Positions 37,698-50,181 of a stretch of 64,000 nucleotides of DNA are shown here, one piece after another. Source of the DNA: Harriotta raleighana. Lineage: Eukaryota. The stretch is from contig JBNZDD010013726.1 in assembly GCA_050575255.1 (NCBI GenBank), positions 7,635,156 through 7,699,155 on the forward strand, given 5' to 3'. Positions within the stretch are counted from its first letter, which is position 1, and each line of letters starts with the position of its first letter. The position numbers were made by a program, and so were the translations under genes. Under the pieces are notes generated by a model. It did not search any database, was not told the origin of the DNA, and saw only the letters and a list, made by a program, of their open reading frames with translations.

Positions 37698-39584
37698 GTA
37701 AAGAATTATTTAATATTCAGCATTTGTTTGTCAAATATAGTATTGATTTTTGCAGCCCCATTTTTTGCAATGATTAACAATTGTTTTTTAAAATTTTGGT
37801 TGGTTACGCCATTGATTACCAAAAGCTACTTTGTCTTTTGGTTTATCTTTTGTGGTGGCCATTGAATCTCATGCTGACCTATTACTGTAGTAGATCATCT
37901 AAATGTTCAAATTAGTAGCTTTACAGTTTCTTGGCAGCTCTTTCACAATTCTTGATAGAGATAGCCAATTTCTCTGGGATGTGGCACTGTCTATTTTAAA
38001 TCTTGCTCGGGATCAGCTGCTGTGGAAACTATATTCTCTCCTTTGAACCTGGTGTTTTCCTCAGCGCAAGTATTTTGTTTTTAATCTGAGTGTTTTTTCA
38101 GATCCCCTCCTTCTTGATAGACATGATGAGTGATAAGTAGGCGGCAGGTGCCGCTTCATGCAAAATGGTGGGGTAGGCGGGGGAGGGGAAGAGGGAGAGA
38201 CACCTGGGGAAAGTTACCCAGAGCTATGATGACAAATCTCCTGGCTCGATCAAGAATACTACTGGCAGAGGCCTGGGTTTCTTCAGGGTTTGGTGAGCGG
38301 TGGTGGTGAGGGGTTGGCAGGGGAAAGTCGGAAGAGAACATCTTTTAACAATTATATTGGTGAGGGCGGAGAGAAGAGGATTTAAAAGCTTTTGAAAAAG
38401 CACTTCAATATCAAACCAACTCTTGGACCTTTAATACCTGTGACCAGTCATTAGTGCACCCAGGTTCACTTAATGCTTCAACTGGCAGAAGCCATTTTGT
38501 ATGATTGCCCTTGGAAAATTTCCAGATCGTATTTGTACATAAATACATAAGTTATCCAATAGATAACAACACTAACTTCGTATTGAGAATCAATTGGACT
38601 AAACACTTGATCTGTAAAAAGAAAAAGAAAGGTTTTACTTTAAAATATAATAATGATTTCTCTGATCCATTACCTACTCCAATACTTTCTAACTAACTAT
38701 CCCAGGTATACACATATCCATGCATGCATGGTCTTCTGGTCATTAGAACAGGTGAATTCCTACCCTACTTGTGTGTGAACACTTTCGGAAGAGGATAAAG
38801 GAAAGAAATTGGAGGGAAAGTTCCTTAAATTATGTTGCATTGTAGTTCATTTAGAATCAATCAAAACATAAGCTTTAAAGTAAGGATTCCTGGAATTAAG
38901 GAAGACTGTTCTAGTTACAGTAATAACCTGTTCAGTGTCAGTATGAACAGTGAAGTACAGTAGTTATCTTAAAATCATCTGCATTATGATCCTAACTTTA
39001 AACTGGTTATACATTTTTAGATTGTTTAATCCATCAAGACTAGACTTACTTTAGTTCAAGCTAACATTTGTTTTTTTTAACAAAGATTTTCTCTAGCTTT
39101 CATACATGTAACTTGTTTGCCTTTATTGTTAAAATGTTCTCAGTAATATTATTTGTCCTAACTGGGAATAGAATAGCCTTGCATAAGGCTATACAAGGCT
39201 ATTGCATAAAATAAATTGAGTTCACATAATCCTTTGACTGTCAATTGCAGAATATTCTCCCTCCTTTCTTGGGCGGGGGGGCAGCAAATAGAAAATATTC
39301 CTTCTCTTAAAAACAATTATGCTCATGTAATTGCATTACTAATATTATTGAATGAGGTGTACAATATGAAATTGCACTGAACCTTTAAGCCCAACCATTC
39401 AATTTTCTGTCTTTGTAAAACATTGTCAGTTACATATGTGGCTTGTTCATCTTCTAGCGATTGCTGTGCGAATTCTGCCTGGAATATGTTATTGATTACA
39501 GTACGTCTTCTCCGCACGTTTTATATTACAATAAAGAACATTTTGCTTCCTTTTCACTAGATAGAAGTGTAAACTGTTTTTCAG

Positions 39585-39752
39585 GCCGTTCATCACTCTT
39601 TCCTATTGAAGACGGTTTCCTTGATGATGGTCACGGTGATCAGTCTCTGACTTCTGGTTTGAACTCTCCAACCCGCTGTCAGAATGGTGAGAGGGTGGAA
39701 CGTTATTCCCGAAAGGTCTTTGTCGGAGGTCTTCCTCCGGACATTGATGAAG
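39585..39752 (+). CDS. CPEB3: CPEB3 coding exon 5 (168 nt), GRSSLFPIEDG...YSRKVFVGGLPPDIDE, start of RRM1
   Basis: Acceptor tttttcag|, donor GAAG|GTAGAA. Contains the RNP2 motif VFVGGL. Confidence 0.97.
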
Positions 39753-39856
39753 GTAGAATTATTTGAAATAAATACTTCATATTAAGCAGTATTTATACTT
39801 TCATTGTTTTTGCTAAACAAAATGATACAACTCTGAAATACTTGATTCTCTGATAG

Positions 39857-39946
39857 ATGAAATCACCGCTAGTTTTCGTCGGTTTGGACCCCTCGTGGTC
39901 GATTGGCCTCACAAAGCCGAAAGCAAATCATATTTTCCACCCAAAG
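39857..39946 (+). CDS. CPEB3: CPEB3 coding exon 6 (90 nt), DEITASFRRFGPLVVDWPHKAESKSYFPPK-G
   Basis: Acceptor gatag|, donor AAAG|GTAAGT, after a 104-nt intron. Conserved CPEB2-4 RRM1 sequence. Confidence 0.97.
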
Positions 39947-42900
39947 GTAAGTGCTTCATTGTATGATTTTAACCCCCCTCCCAGTAATTTGACTGCAATT
40001 TTAAGATGAGAATAAAAAAACAAATAAAATTTTAATGTGCCACTTCTAATTGATGGCTTCATATTTTCAAATCTTGTGGAAAACAAATGCAAATGAATTT
40101 CTAAGTGGAGCAAGACCAATACTGTCTGGTGTTATTCTGAGCAGTAACGCTTCTGGTCATGTTTTTTTTTGTGTCAGCGTTAGCTTGTGTTGCATTGGAC
40201 AGCAGTAGGACATGCATTGACTTTTGTGTCCCTGGTCTTGGAAAGAAAATTTGCTAGGAATTCTTCCTCTTATTCCCGTGACTCTTGCTGGAACATGTAT
40301 TGCTGTGGTTGTCTGGTTGTGAAATAAATTTGCCTACATCTGTGGTTTACATACATAGCACTTAGGCCCTGCTCTTGCCAACAGTGTACATTCCCAGCAT
40401 TTAGTGACACCATTACTTCCATCACACAAGATATGAATTTTTCAAATTCTAAATGTGCACAAGCAGTTTCATTTAGTTAGACGTATGACTAGGCTATAAT
40501 GTGGCATTTGTTGGATAGTGCCCCTCATTGGTTGTTCAGGAGATGTTGGAATACAAAAATAGTTCTATCTTGTGAAATTAAAAGTTAACTTTACTAATAT
40601 ATTGGTTGATGAACTCATGCCTATCAGTGGTACAATGCCGGGCATTTCAGTCGAGGTTATCAGAAGGTTTTGCATGAGGATTTCCATTTGGTAATTGGAG
40701 ACTGAAATGCAGTGCAATATTCTATTCTGGTGATGAATGTGATGTGGAAAGCAATTTCTACCATAGTGACCAGTTGCTACTGTTGCTAATTTAAAATGGG
40801 AGGATGTATGGACAGATAGTCCCAAATGATCTGGATTATTTATAACTATGTTCAGTTCTGTTAAAATCCATTAGAGGATTCAGCTTTCTGCATGTTTTAT
40901 TGTCATGCAGGAATGCTTTCATTCAGAAAGCTTATGGAACAGGAGTAATATTTTAAAATTTAATGACTGTAATATTAATATAGTGATAAACTCTGTAATT
41001 ATCTGGTGAATAGTATTTCAGTGCATGTCATTGAATCTTTTTATGATAGTATATTAAGGACCAGCCTTCTCTCAATCTAGTCCTCAATAATATATATGTT
41101 TTTAAAATTTCTGAGTGCATTAGCTTTATTCCAGCTGATGTGTTATTCAATAAAAACATGCACTCGCACTCAGTGAACTACTACCAGATGACAAACATCA
41201 TGAACAGAGCTATCTGTTATCTAAGTTTGCCATTGAATGCTTTGTGAATATTAGTGATTGACTGTGTTAGGCCTGCACAAAATTCTTATGATTTATTGTC
41301 TTTTAACATGATTCCATTGCTGATATGATGGTCTGCTGGTGTTTCAGGTTATTCAGGGTTGAGTAGAAACAATTCATAGCATTTCCAATGTGGCTAAAAT
41401 AGTGAAGCTTGCCTGCAGAGTGTTGAATTGCATGCATGCTTCCAACCTCTACGTCTGATACACAGATGTCCAAATGGCTTTCGAACTTTGAAGCTTCTGT
41501 TCAGTCACATGCTTATAATTTGCATTGCAAACACCCAGATTGCCATCCTAGGATAAAGTATTTCCTTGCACAGTTTTGAATTTTTAATGAAACCTGAGGT
41601 TAATGTAGGTCACTAGGGAAATATAGGAGGGTCAGGGAATTAAAGTGTTAATAAGATGTTCATAAGATACTAATCATGGAAAACCACATGATTCCTTATT
41701 AGCTCCCTAAATCTACAGGAGTGTAACATTTTGGCTGGCTTTGCTGCTTGTAAGTATATTGCTGGATAAGCAACAGGTCTGTTGATATGGATGATATTTT
41801 CACTGACCTTCTGAAGTTACTGTCTGACTTTATCATCCCAGTAATATAGTATATATACACAGCTGATTAAAGCTTTTCACTGATCTTTTCAACCAGATTT
41901 GTGTTCCAATTAAACTTTAAATAACGCTTTAGTTTCTTTCATTTTTTTCAAATTGTTTTGTGCAGATTGAATTTACGTTTATTAGTGGCTTTAATCCTGT
42001 TTTTAAACTCATACTTCTAAGTGTATACAATCTAGTTGTTGTAATCTTGATTGCATCAACTGAAATTATGTTGTGATAATTTTGGTTTTTAGATGGGGAG
42101 ATTATCCCATGGAAGATGATTATTTTCTTTCAGTCTATCGAAGTGAATCATTTGCTCTGCACGCAACTGTTGACTATTCTAGAATCTGAACCTATCTGGA
42201 AAACTGACTAGGGAAAAACATCCCATTTTAAAATGTTATGACTTCATTACACAATCTAGCCGAGTTATTGGAACTTCGATTATGAAGAAAATTACTTTTC
42301 TAAATATTTAGCAAAGTACAGAAATGTATTCTGTGTTTTTAAAAAGCATCTGATGTTTTCGGATCTACAATATTTCACGATGTAGATAATACATCGATAA
42401 GTAGATGTAGATAATGCAGTTGTATAAAATGCTAATTTGGAGTTTATTTGAAATTCTGAATTATGATCTTGTCTGTTGATGTTTGCTTGGCACCATTTTT
42501 CTCTTGGCTGACTTTGGGTCTCTTCAATCCAATTATGTAGGCGTGGAGAAGGGACAGTAATGCAGTAACTTCAGGTCACCGCACTGCTTTCTTTCATCCC
42601 TGGAGATAAATGGGGAGATTAAAGGCTTGTGCTTCTGTCACCGACCTGCAGTGTTGTTTAGTATTGCGATCAGGAAGCCAAAAAGGACTAATTAGGAATA
42701 TAATGTAGGAATATATTGTCTCTTTCTGGATACATTTGAGAAGCTGCTTTGAAGTGGAGATGGAACATTTGTGCCTTTGTAGGACCCAAGCTTCTATTCA
42801 AACTGCTTTATTCTTTATGAAGCATGTTAGACTTCATAAACTAATGTGGTTACTGTTCATGGTGTCGGTGTCCTTTGTGTAACTTGCCATTTCAGATTAT

Positions 42901-45177
42901 AAGATTTCAAATTCAAAACGCTTGTTTTCCAAATTAGTTACATTAAGATTTAATGCGACATTGAAATAAGGTGAGCAGTTAAACTGACTGGATTGTTGCA
43001 GATTAACCTAAATGGGAATTGCCCAGTAATTCTGTTTGTAAACTTTCGTCAACATTGCTTGTTGCAAATCAAAAACTTCCCTTCAGTTAAATGTTTATGT
43101 GGAGAGTACAATTGTCATCCTTTCAGAGAAGTTGTACAGTATATATTCCACTCAAGAATTGCGAGTTTGAGCTACCTGTGAAACACTTAAGAATGATCAA
43201 GCTTTATGTGATTGAAAAAAAAATTCAAGTCATTATACTCATTCCATCATCTATACCCAGCTCTAGACTATTATTGGAAACATCTAGGGCAGGCCATCAA
43301 CCCAGCTTTTCCCAATTTCTCTAAAAGTATTGTACAGTAGTATCAGCTGAGTTCTTTAAAATGTAATGTTGTAATACTTCGATTAATGTGTTTTGGTATA
43401 CCACTGGTACAATGTAAAGCTTCTTTGTCAGCTGATGGCCCAAACAGGTGCATGTAGGTCATTGAAAATGTGTTCCAAAGTCAATACGATTGTTGTTTTT
43501 CTCTGTTTAGAGATGGTCACATGCAGCTTCTCTGAATGTAGACTATGAATTCATTAACAGAACGACTGATTTGAAAGACTGCATTCGCAATTCTCTATTT
43601 GATCTGTGAAATTTCTGAAATAATCTTGCCCCGGAAGACTAGATAGAGAAAACTATATACCAGTCAACATGATGGGTTATGGATCACGACTACTACTGGT
43701 GATCGTTCAGTTTCATAATTTAAATTAACTGTGACTTTTGAAAGGAGACATCAGTTGGGCAATATTGCTGGGGTGATTACAGTTCATAACGGAGATGTGC
43801 CAAGGTTTGAAGTTGGTTTCTTTGAGAATTGAATAGCAAACACTGCCAAATATTATGGTGTTTCATTGGAAATTCAGTCCTGGCTACCATCTGGAACCCT
43901 GCTGTGACAATCTGGAAAACTGACGAAAGCTGCTGGATCATGTGATTCCTCAACGCAATATGTATTGAGCATTGCAGCCTTCTCTGTGTATTAATATATT
44001 CCTCTTAAATGAGAAATTTAAATTGGATCACCTAATCAAGCAGGCAATCCAAGTCTGTTGAATATGCTGATGCTTTCAACATACAATTATTTATTATAGC
44101 CACTGTGGACTAAATTAACACAATTACCATTGGACAGAATGTCTCTTGCTGTCAGTGAGATGCTGGAGACAAGGTACAAGCTGTTAAATGACTGCAATGT
44201 TTATTAATGGTATCCACATCTTGTGGAAAAGTCAGGATGTGGCCAGTTTAACAACCGGGAATGTTCATTCATTGTATGAATTCAAATTTTGCTTTGATAG
44301 CTGTGAATTTAACAGTAAAACTTTACAAATCATGTCATCGCCTAATTCGTACATGCAGCCGAGTCCCATTCAGTTTCCTTTCAGAGCCACTTACGTTTCT
44401 TTGCTCCAGTTGTATTTTGTCAGCAAATCATCTCCTAACTTGTAACCTCTGCATTTACCAACTGCATTAAATTGCGGGAAATGACATTGATGCATCTGCA
44501 CTTACCGGCCGGCAGCATCGAATCGTGGGTAGCCTTGATCTGTCGCCGCATGAGCTAAAGAACTTAATTTCCATGAATGCAATTCCAATGCTTGCCAGTA
44601 AGTCCACATACAGAGACGGATTAAGATACGCGAGTAGTATAGATTATTGATTTCATTGAATGTTATCGATTTTATCGGATTCTAGACAATTTAAACATGT
44701 TTGCCTCTAACTCTGCCTTTGGGTGAGTCGTATTTAAATGCGATGGTCCTCATTGAAGCGACTTACTTGAGTTTTACTGTGGTGTAAATGCAATTAATTT
44801 GGGGTTCCAAACTGTGTGTTAATTGATCACCCCTTTTTAATGCAAGTTGAAAGATGCTGTTTTTGTCTGGGCCAGTGGCTCCCAGACCAGCAACTGATCC
44901 ACAATGCCACTACATCTGGCTGATAAACATTCTTGCTCAAAGTGGGATTGACATTGACGGATGTTTACACGTGTGATGATGCTGGACATTCCATGCGTGA
45001 TGTTTGCCATTAGAAACGGAGCCTGTGGTGACTGCTGAGAGTGTTGTCATCTTGAATGCTTAGGCTTCATGACCATTGTTTGCTCTACAGCCCAGGTTTG
45101 TTTGTGGTTTCAGCACTGAACGCAACTGAGGCAAATTCACAACCCTTGACGCAAAATTCACCATAAACTGTCACTCC

Positions 45178-45472
45178 GGGCGATGTGCTTGCATCATAGT
45201 TTCATCTTGCAAGCATGAGACCCGTGTTTGAATCCAGACAGGGCAAAACCTTGGGCAAGTTTTCTTACTCCACATACCCAATAATAATCCCTCAAAACAA
45301 AAAATGGTCATTTCAATCCATGACTGTTTGTGGGGACGCTGCTGTGCGCAATTGGCTCCTGCGTTTCGTCCACAAATATACAGTCAATTAACTTTACAGT
45401 ATATTCTGTGAAGCGCTTTGAGGCATCTAGAAGATGTGAAAAACGCTATATCAAATGCAAGTATTATTATTT
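45178..45472 (+). mobile_element. tRNA-derived SINE, same family
   Basis: Collinear similarity to 30437-30733 with a degenerate head. Confidence 0.88.
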
Positions 45473-45799
45473 ATTTGTGCAAGTCTCATCATGCATATGA
45501 AGCCAGGTAATTAATCAAATCAGTAGCCCAGCCTTTTCTGCATCTATTCGTATTTTCCCCATAGATAAATAGCTATCTTTTGCAAAGACTTTTTTTTTTG
45601 GAGAATTGGCTTAATTGGTGTTGCTGAATGTAGACTGGTCAATTTTACTTTCATGGAATAATTCAATAAATGTATATTTTGAATGAATATTTAAAACGAG
45701 TGATACAAATCCATATATTCTGTACTAGATGTTTCCAAATTAGTGAGGAGAAAAGCAAAACAGTGTTGGAAATGCAGATTAAATTTCTCTCAATTCCTC

Positions 45800-45960
45800 C
45801 GCCTTGTCCTCTCTCCTTCAAGTCCCATCTGAAACCTTTCTTTTTCAACCGTACTTATAGCTTTCTCACCCCCCACCCCCTGGCTCAGTCAGACTTGGCC
45901 ACTGTTAAGCTTTTTGAGACGCAGCCCTGCGTGGAGGGCGCTATATAAGTGCAGGTTGTT
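45800..45960 (+). mobile_element. L2-like LINE 3' end relic
   Basis: SFKSHLKPFFF (L2 ORF2 C-terminal-like) followed by the tail GGGCGCTATATAAGTGCAGGTTGTT. Confidence 0.6.
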
Positions 45961-47701
45961 GAACAAAGTTCAAGATGGAGGCAGGGTAATTTCATAACAG
46001 AAATAAAAAGGAAATGGTTTCTAGTTACTGGCATCATTGGCAAAAGTCTGGTAAGTCACACCTTTGTAGAGAGAATGTAAAAAAAGGTAGAAAAGATGTA
46101 TGCAAATTTTTTTAAAATAAGTTGGTTACTAGCAATTTTGAAATAGGAGTAGTAAAACTATAAGATTTTGCGGGGCTATCTATGTTTAACTGCATTTCTT
46201 TTTAACCAATGAGCCTCATTTAATTGATGGCATGTGATCATAATTTAGTGTACTCTAGTGTTTCTGTTTTCAGAAGTGAATCACATGCATGTTATTTACA
46301 CAATCAAAGATGGAAATGCAGAAAGTAAGGTAGTGAAGGGAGATGTGAAGAGAGGAAACAGTGCAGTTCAACAGCAGGATAGAAGCACAGTGAGGGACAA
46401 CTCCCCGGGACTAATGGCTTACTGGTTGGGTAGGTGTCATTGTTTCAAATTGAACATGTAGAGTTGGTTTCAATGTTAACATTAAAAAATAGGAATTTAA
46501 CATAATAAAATGGCTACTTCGAACTTCTGACATGATTAGAAGTTTAGATTAAGTCGCATTATATAAAAAAAAGTTGTTTGGTTTATTCTAGACTGTCAAC
46601 AATCTTAGTTTGGTGCTGATTTAGCTAAGAAACAAAATACATACTGTATTATGTAGAAATTTTTAATTGATTGCTATCATCTCTTAAACATGGTGCTTTC
46701 TCATTAATGGGATCTACATACAGATGCCTTACGTATTCCAAACTGCATTGTTGATAACTCCTGAATACTCCCAAATATACCACACACTGCGGACAAATTG
46801 CCTTTGAATTGGGTTTTCATACTACAGAGGGCGGCTGTCAGATTCCAAATACTGTACCAGCAAAATGCTTTGATTCTGCTCACTCACTTTGTAGCCACAA
46901 AATGTCATTTTATCTGTGATTAGGAACTTGTTATGTGACCTTGGGCCTAGGTTGTAACATATTGGAGTGTTTTCCATTTACCTAAATGTTTATCGGGATC
47001 TGTAAGCTGCAACAATGATGGGTTAGCAGTAGCTTCACTCTGTGACTGTAGTCCATGGTGTTCTGTGATCAATTGGCAGAAGATAAATTTTTTAAATGGT
47101 TGTTGCCCATTCTCCTTCCGTCTAGCTCACTAAAATAGACTTATTTATTTGCTCTCAATGTGTCATTGTGTTTGACGAGGGCACAATTTACATTCTATGC
47201 ACAATGAAATGATGTTCATTATTAAATGATCAGCTGTACTAAATAATATGAATTGTAAGAATCCCTGACCTTGGTGAACATAGGAAATGTCAGCAACATT
47301 ACCATACTGAAAAAATGTTATTCTAATATAATGTCCTTGGTACAAGCACAATGAAGCAATAATGTAAAGCTCAGGACAAATTGTGGAAGGAAGTAAAATA
47401 TTGTTTTTGAAAAGGAAGCTGTAACAAGAAACATAACATCCAGTTGGATACAAAGTTCACCACTGAATCTAAATACAGTATACTGTATAATTTTAGGGGG
47501 GAATGAGAAATCTGTCGGGAAAACATAACTGGTGCTTCACCGGGAATAGTTAAGGGTAAAATTCCCGTTTGGTTGAATTTGCCATTGGTTTGCTGTGAGA
47601 TGGCTTGTGCTTACAAATCTAATTTTGGATCGTAGCTGCTTTAGGTTATTTATGATGTTTTGGTTTGTTGCCCCTTTTCTTCTATATACTATATATATTC
47701 C

Positions 47702-48006
47702 AAGGTTCGATTCCCAGATGGGGCAAAATCCTGGCCAAGTTTCCTAACTCTACATGCCTCCGTTTACCTAGCCGTATGTAGGAACCTGTTTTTTTTTTTA
47801 GTCGATTGGTGGATCACTTTCCAGGGATGGTAATCTCTCCACCAAAAAAATGTGGTCGCTCAATCCAATTTTGGGACATTGTTGCAACCGTTTTGCCCAC
47901 TGAATACACAGCTATTCCACCTTACACCTTATTCTGTGAAGTGGTTTGGGACATCTCAATGACATGATAAGTCATTATTCCAAGTGCAAGGATTATTATT
48001 ATTATT
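47702..48006 (+). mobile_element. 5'-truncated SINE, related longer subfamily
   Basis: B box GGTTCGATTCC, GGCCAAGTTTCCTAACTC segment and tail GTGCAAGGATTATTATT. Confidence 0.8.
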
Positions 48007-48605
48007 CTATTGCCTGCAAGACCTCTTAACTATACATATTTTGCCCAAGAATGCTTTGCTCTACATCTGAATACATATGTTGATGTCCTTGGTTTTTTAA
48101 ACCAAGCATGTAAAGGGACATTTTGATTATTGGAAAATTTGACTTCTAAGTATAGAATCTCTGGTTTTGTTTTTTCCTTTGGAATATTCTAATTTTAGTG
48201 TTCGATATACTAAATCTTAGTAATTAAGTACTAAGAAAGTACAAAATTAAAGGATCTTGCTGGTACAAGTTCCTTCCTTCCTCAACAAAAAACAGTCCTC
48301 ATTTGACAGAAATTACCTTTTTTTTTTCCTTCAAACACTGAATTGCTGTAGGGGAGATTAGTTTGTGTGGATCATAATTAAGAGCTGTAGGTAAGTCCCC
48401 AAGTTCAAGCATATCTTAATTTTATTACTTGCCATAAATCTAAAGCGAACACCAAGAAATTATTTGCACCTTGAGTTTGGTAAAGCTGCAAAACCCATCT
48501 GACCATCCATCTACAAATTTTTTCAATAAATTGCACAGTGTAATTTAGTCTTGTCTCAGTCACAGCTGGTTTAATGCTTTTCTTTGTGATTTCCTTCATA
48601 CTCAG

Positions 48606-48724
48606 GCTATGCCTTCCTGCTGTTCCAAGAGGAAAGCTCTGTGCAAGCTCTAATAGATGCATGTATTGAAGAAGATGGAAAGCTATACCTGTGTGTTTCA
48701 AGCCCCACTATCAAGGATAAACCG
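48606..48724 (+). CDS. CPEB3: CPEB3 coding exon 7 (119 nt), GYAFLLFQEESSVQALIDACIEEDGKLYLCVSSPTIKDKP
   Basis: Acceptor ctcag|, donor CCG|GTAAAT. Completes RNP1 (KGYAFLLF). Confidence 0.97.
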
Positions 48725-49451
48725 GTAAATGGAGATCCTGTATGTTACTGCTAACCATCTGTTCCCTTTGTCATTTCCTAAATTGCTAGACTCAAATTAT
48801 TCAGGTTGCTTTTTTTTCCCTCCATCCTTTGCTGTGCTCTCTCCCCCAAAACTGTAATCCAAAATGTGCGCTATATAATTTCAATGATTCATTTACAAGT
48901 GGAGCTTTTATATTTAGTAGCATTGAAAGGTTGAGTTTTGGGACCCTGGTAACAAAGGCTGAGCTGCTTGATTAAGCCTTTGTGAACAGAGCTTCCAGTG
49001 ACATGAGCAAAATGCAATGCAACATGGGGTTTGTTTCCTGTAGGTGATCACTGTATCAGCTTTTTTGCGCTAATCATACCCTAATCCCTGGTTTTCCAGA
49101 AAATGAAACCAAACAGACAATGGCGCCTGATATTTAGTCTTACACAAGCAGTTTCCAACATTATTTTGTGTCTCAGAGGTTTGCAGTAAAGCAAGCCTTG
49201 TTATTTTGACTAAGAAAATTGAAACATTTTATTATTTCTGTTTTTAGATTTATTTTCTGTTGAAAAACGAACATGTGCTGACTGAGTAGTACAAAATGTT
49301 ATATAAATAAGCAAATTATCTTCCAATATTAAAAGCTGAACTGAACATTGCATAGCAGTTATAATTATTAGTTTAAAATATATATACATTTAAAAACTTT
49401 AATTATTTCTAGAACTGAACAGAGCTAATTCTTGACTGTCTATCTTTAAAG

Positions 49452-49566
49452 GTGCAAATTCGACCATGGAACCTAAGTGACAGTGATTTTGTGATGGATG
49501 GTTCTCAACCTCTGGACCCCAGGAAGACTATCTTTGTAGGAGGAGTTCCCAGACCTCTTCGAGCTG
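49452..49566 (+). CDS. CPEB3: CPEB3 coding exon 8 (115 nt), VQIRPWNLSDSDFVMDGSQPLDPRKTIFVGGVPRPLRA
   Basis: Acceptor taaag|, donor CTG|GTGAGT. RRM1-RRM2 linker and the start of RRM2. Confidence 0.97.
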
Positions 49567-49999
49567 GTGAGTTAAGATACTCTGCAGTAATTCCCAATTT
49601 GATCAATGTCTGTAATGCAGAATACAAAAGGAGATTGAAGAACGTGCCCAGCATGTTTGAATTTGTGTGAATGGAATTCATATACTGTAGCTTGATGCCA
49701 GTGGTGTATATTAATTTGTTCTACATTTATATTATTGTGTGTGTGTATATATATACTGTATATTTATATTATATATGTATGTGTGGGGAAGTGGGGGAGC
49801 AGCAATCATAAGTAAGTATGTCACATCTCTTTTATAGTTGCATTTCATATTGTGTGCAATGTTATAAATTGGCNATGTGTGTGGGGAAGTGGGGGAGCAG
49901 CAATCATAAGTAAGTATGTCGCATCTCTTTTATAGTTGCATTTCATATTGTGTGCAATGTTATAAATTGGCTCTACGATTTAAACGTTTTACCTTGTAG

Positions 50000-50181
50000 T
50001 TGAATTGGCTATGATCATGGATCGGCTGTATGGAGGTGTTTGCTATGCTGGCATTGATACCGACCCTGAGCTGAAGTATCCAAAGGGTGCTGGCCGAGTG
50101 GCTTTCTCCAATCAGCAGAGCTACATTGCTGCTATCAGTGCTCGCTTTGTACAGCTCCAGCATGGAGACATTGATAAACGG
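50000..50181 (+). CDS. CPEB3: CPEB3 coding exon 9 (182 nt), RRM2: VELAMIMDRLYGGVCYAGIDTDPELKYPKGAGRVAF...HGDIDKR
   Basis: Acceptor ccttgtag|, donor CGG|GTAAGT. Confidence 0.97.

Noticed and set aside
44965-45045. Box C (GTGATGA) ... box D (CTGA) snoRNA-like arrangement
   Set aside because: Terminal stem is out of register, the D' box is poor and I recognise no rRNA/snRNA guide. A snoscan or Rfam search would be needed to revive it.
46835-46880. CTGTCAGATTC...ATTCTGCT match to ribozyme words; also GCGAATTCTGC at ~39468
   Set aside because: Wrong introns and no complementary partners for P4/P2, so these are treated as chance short matches.
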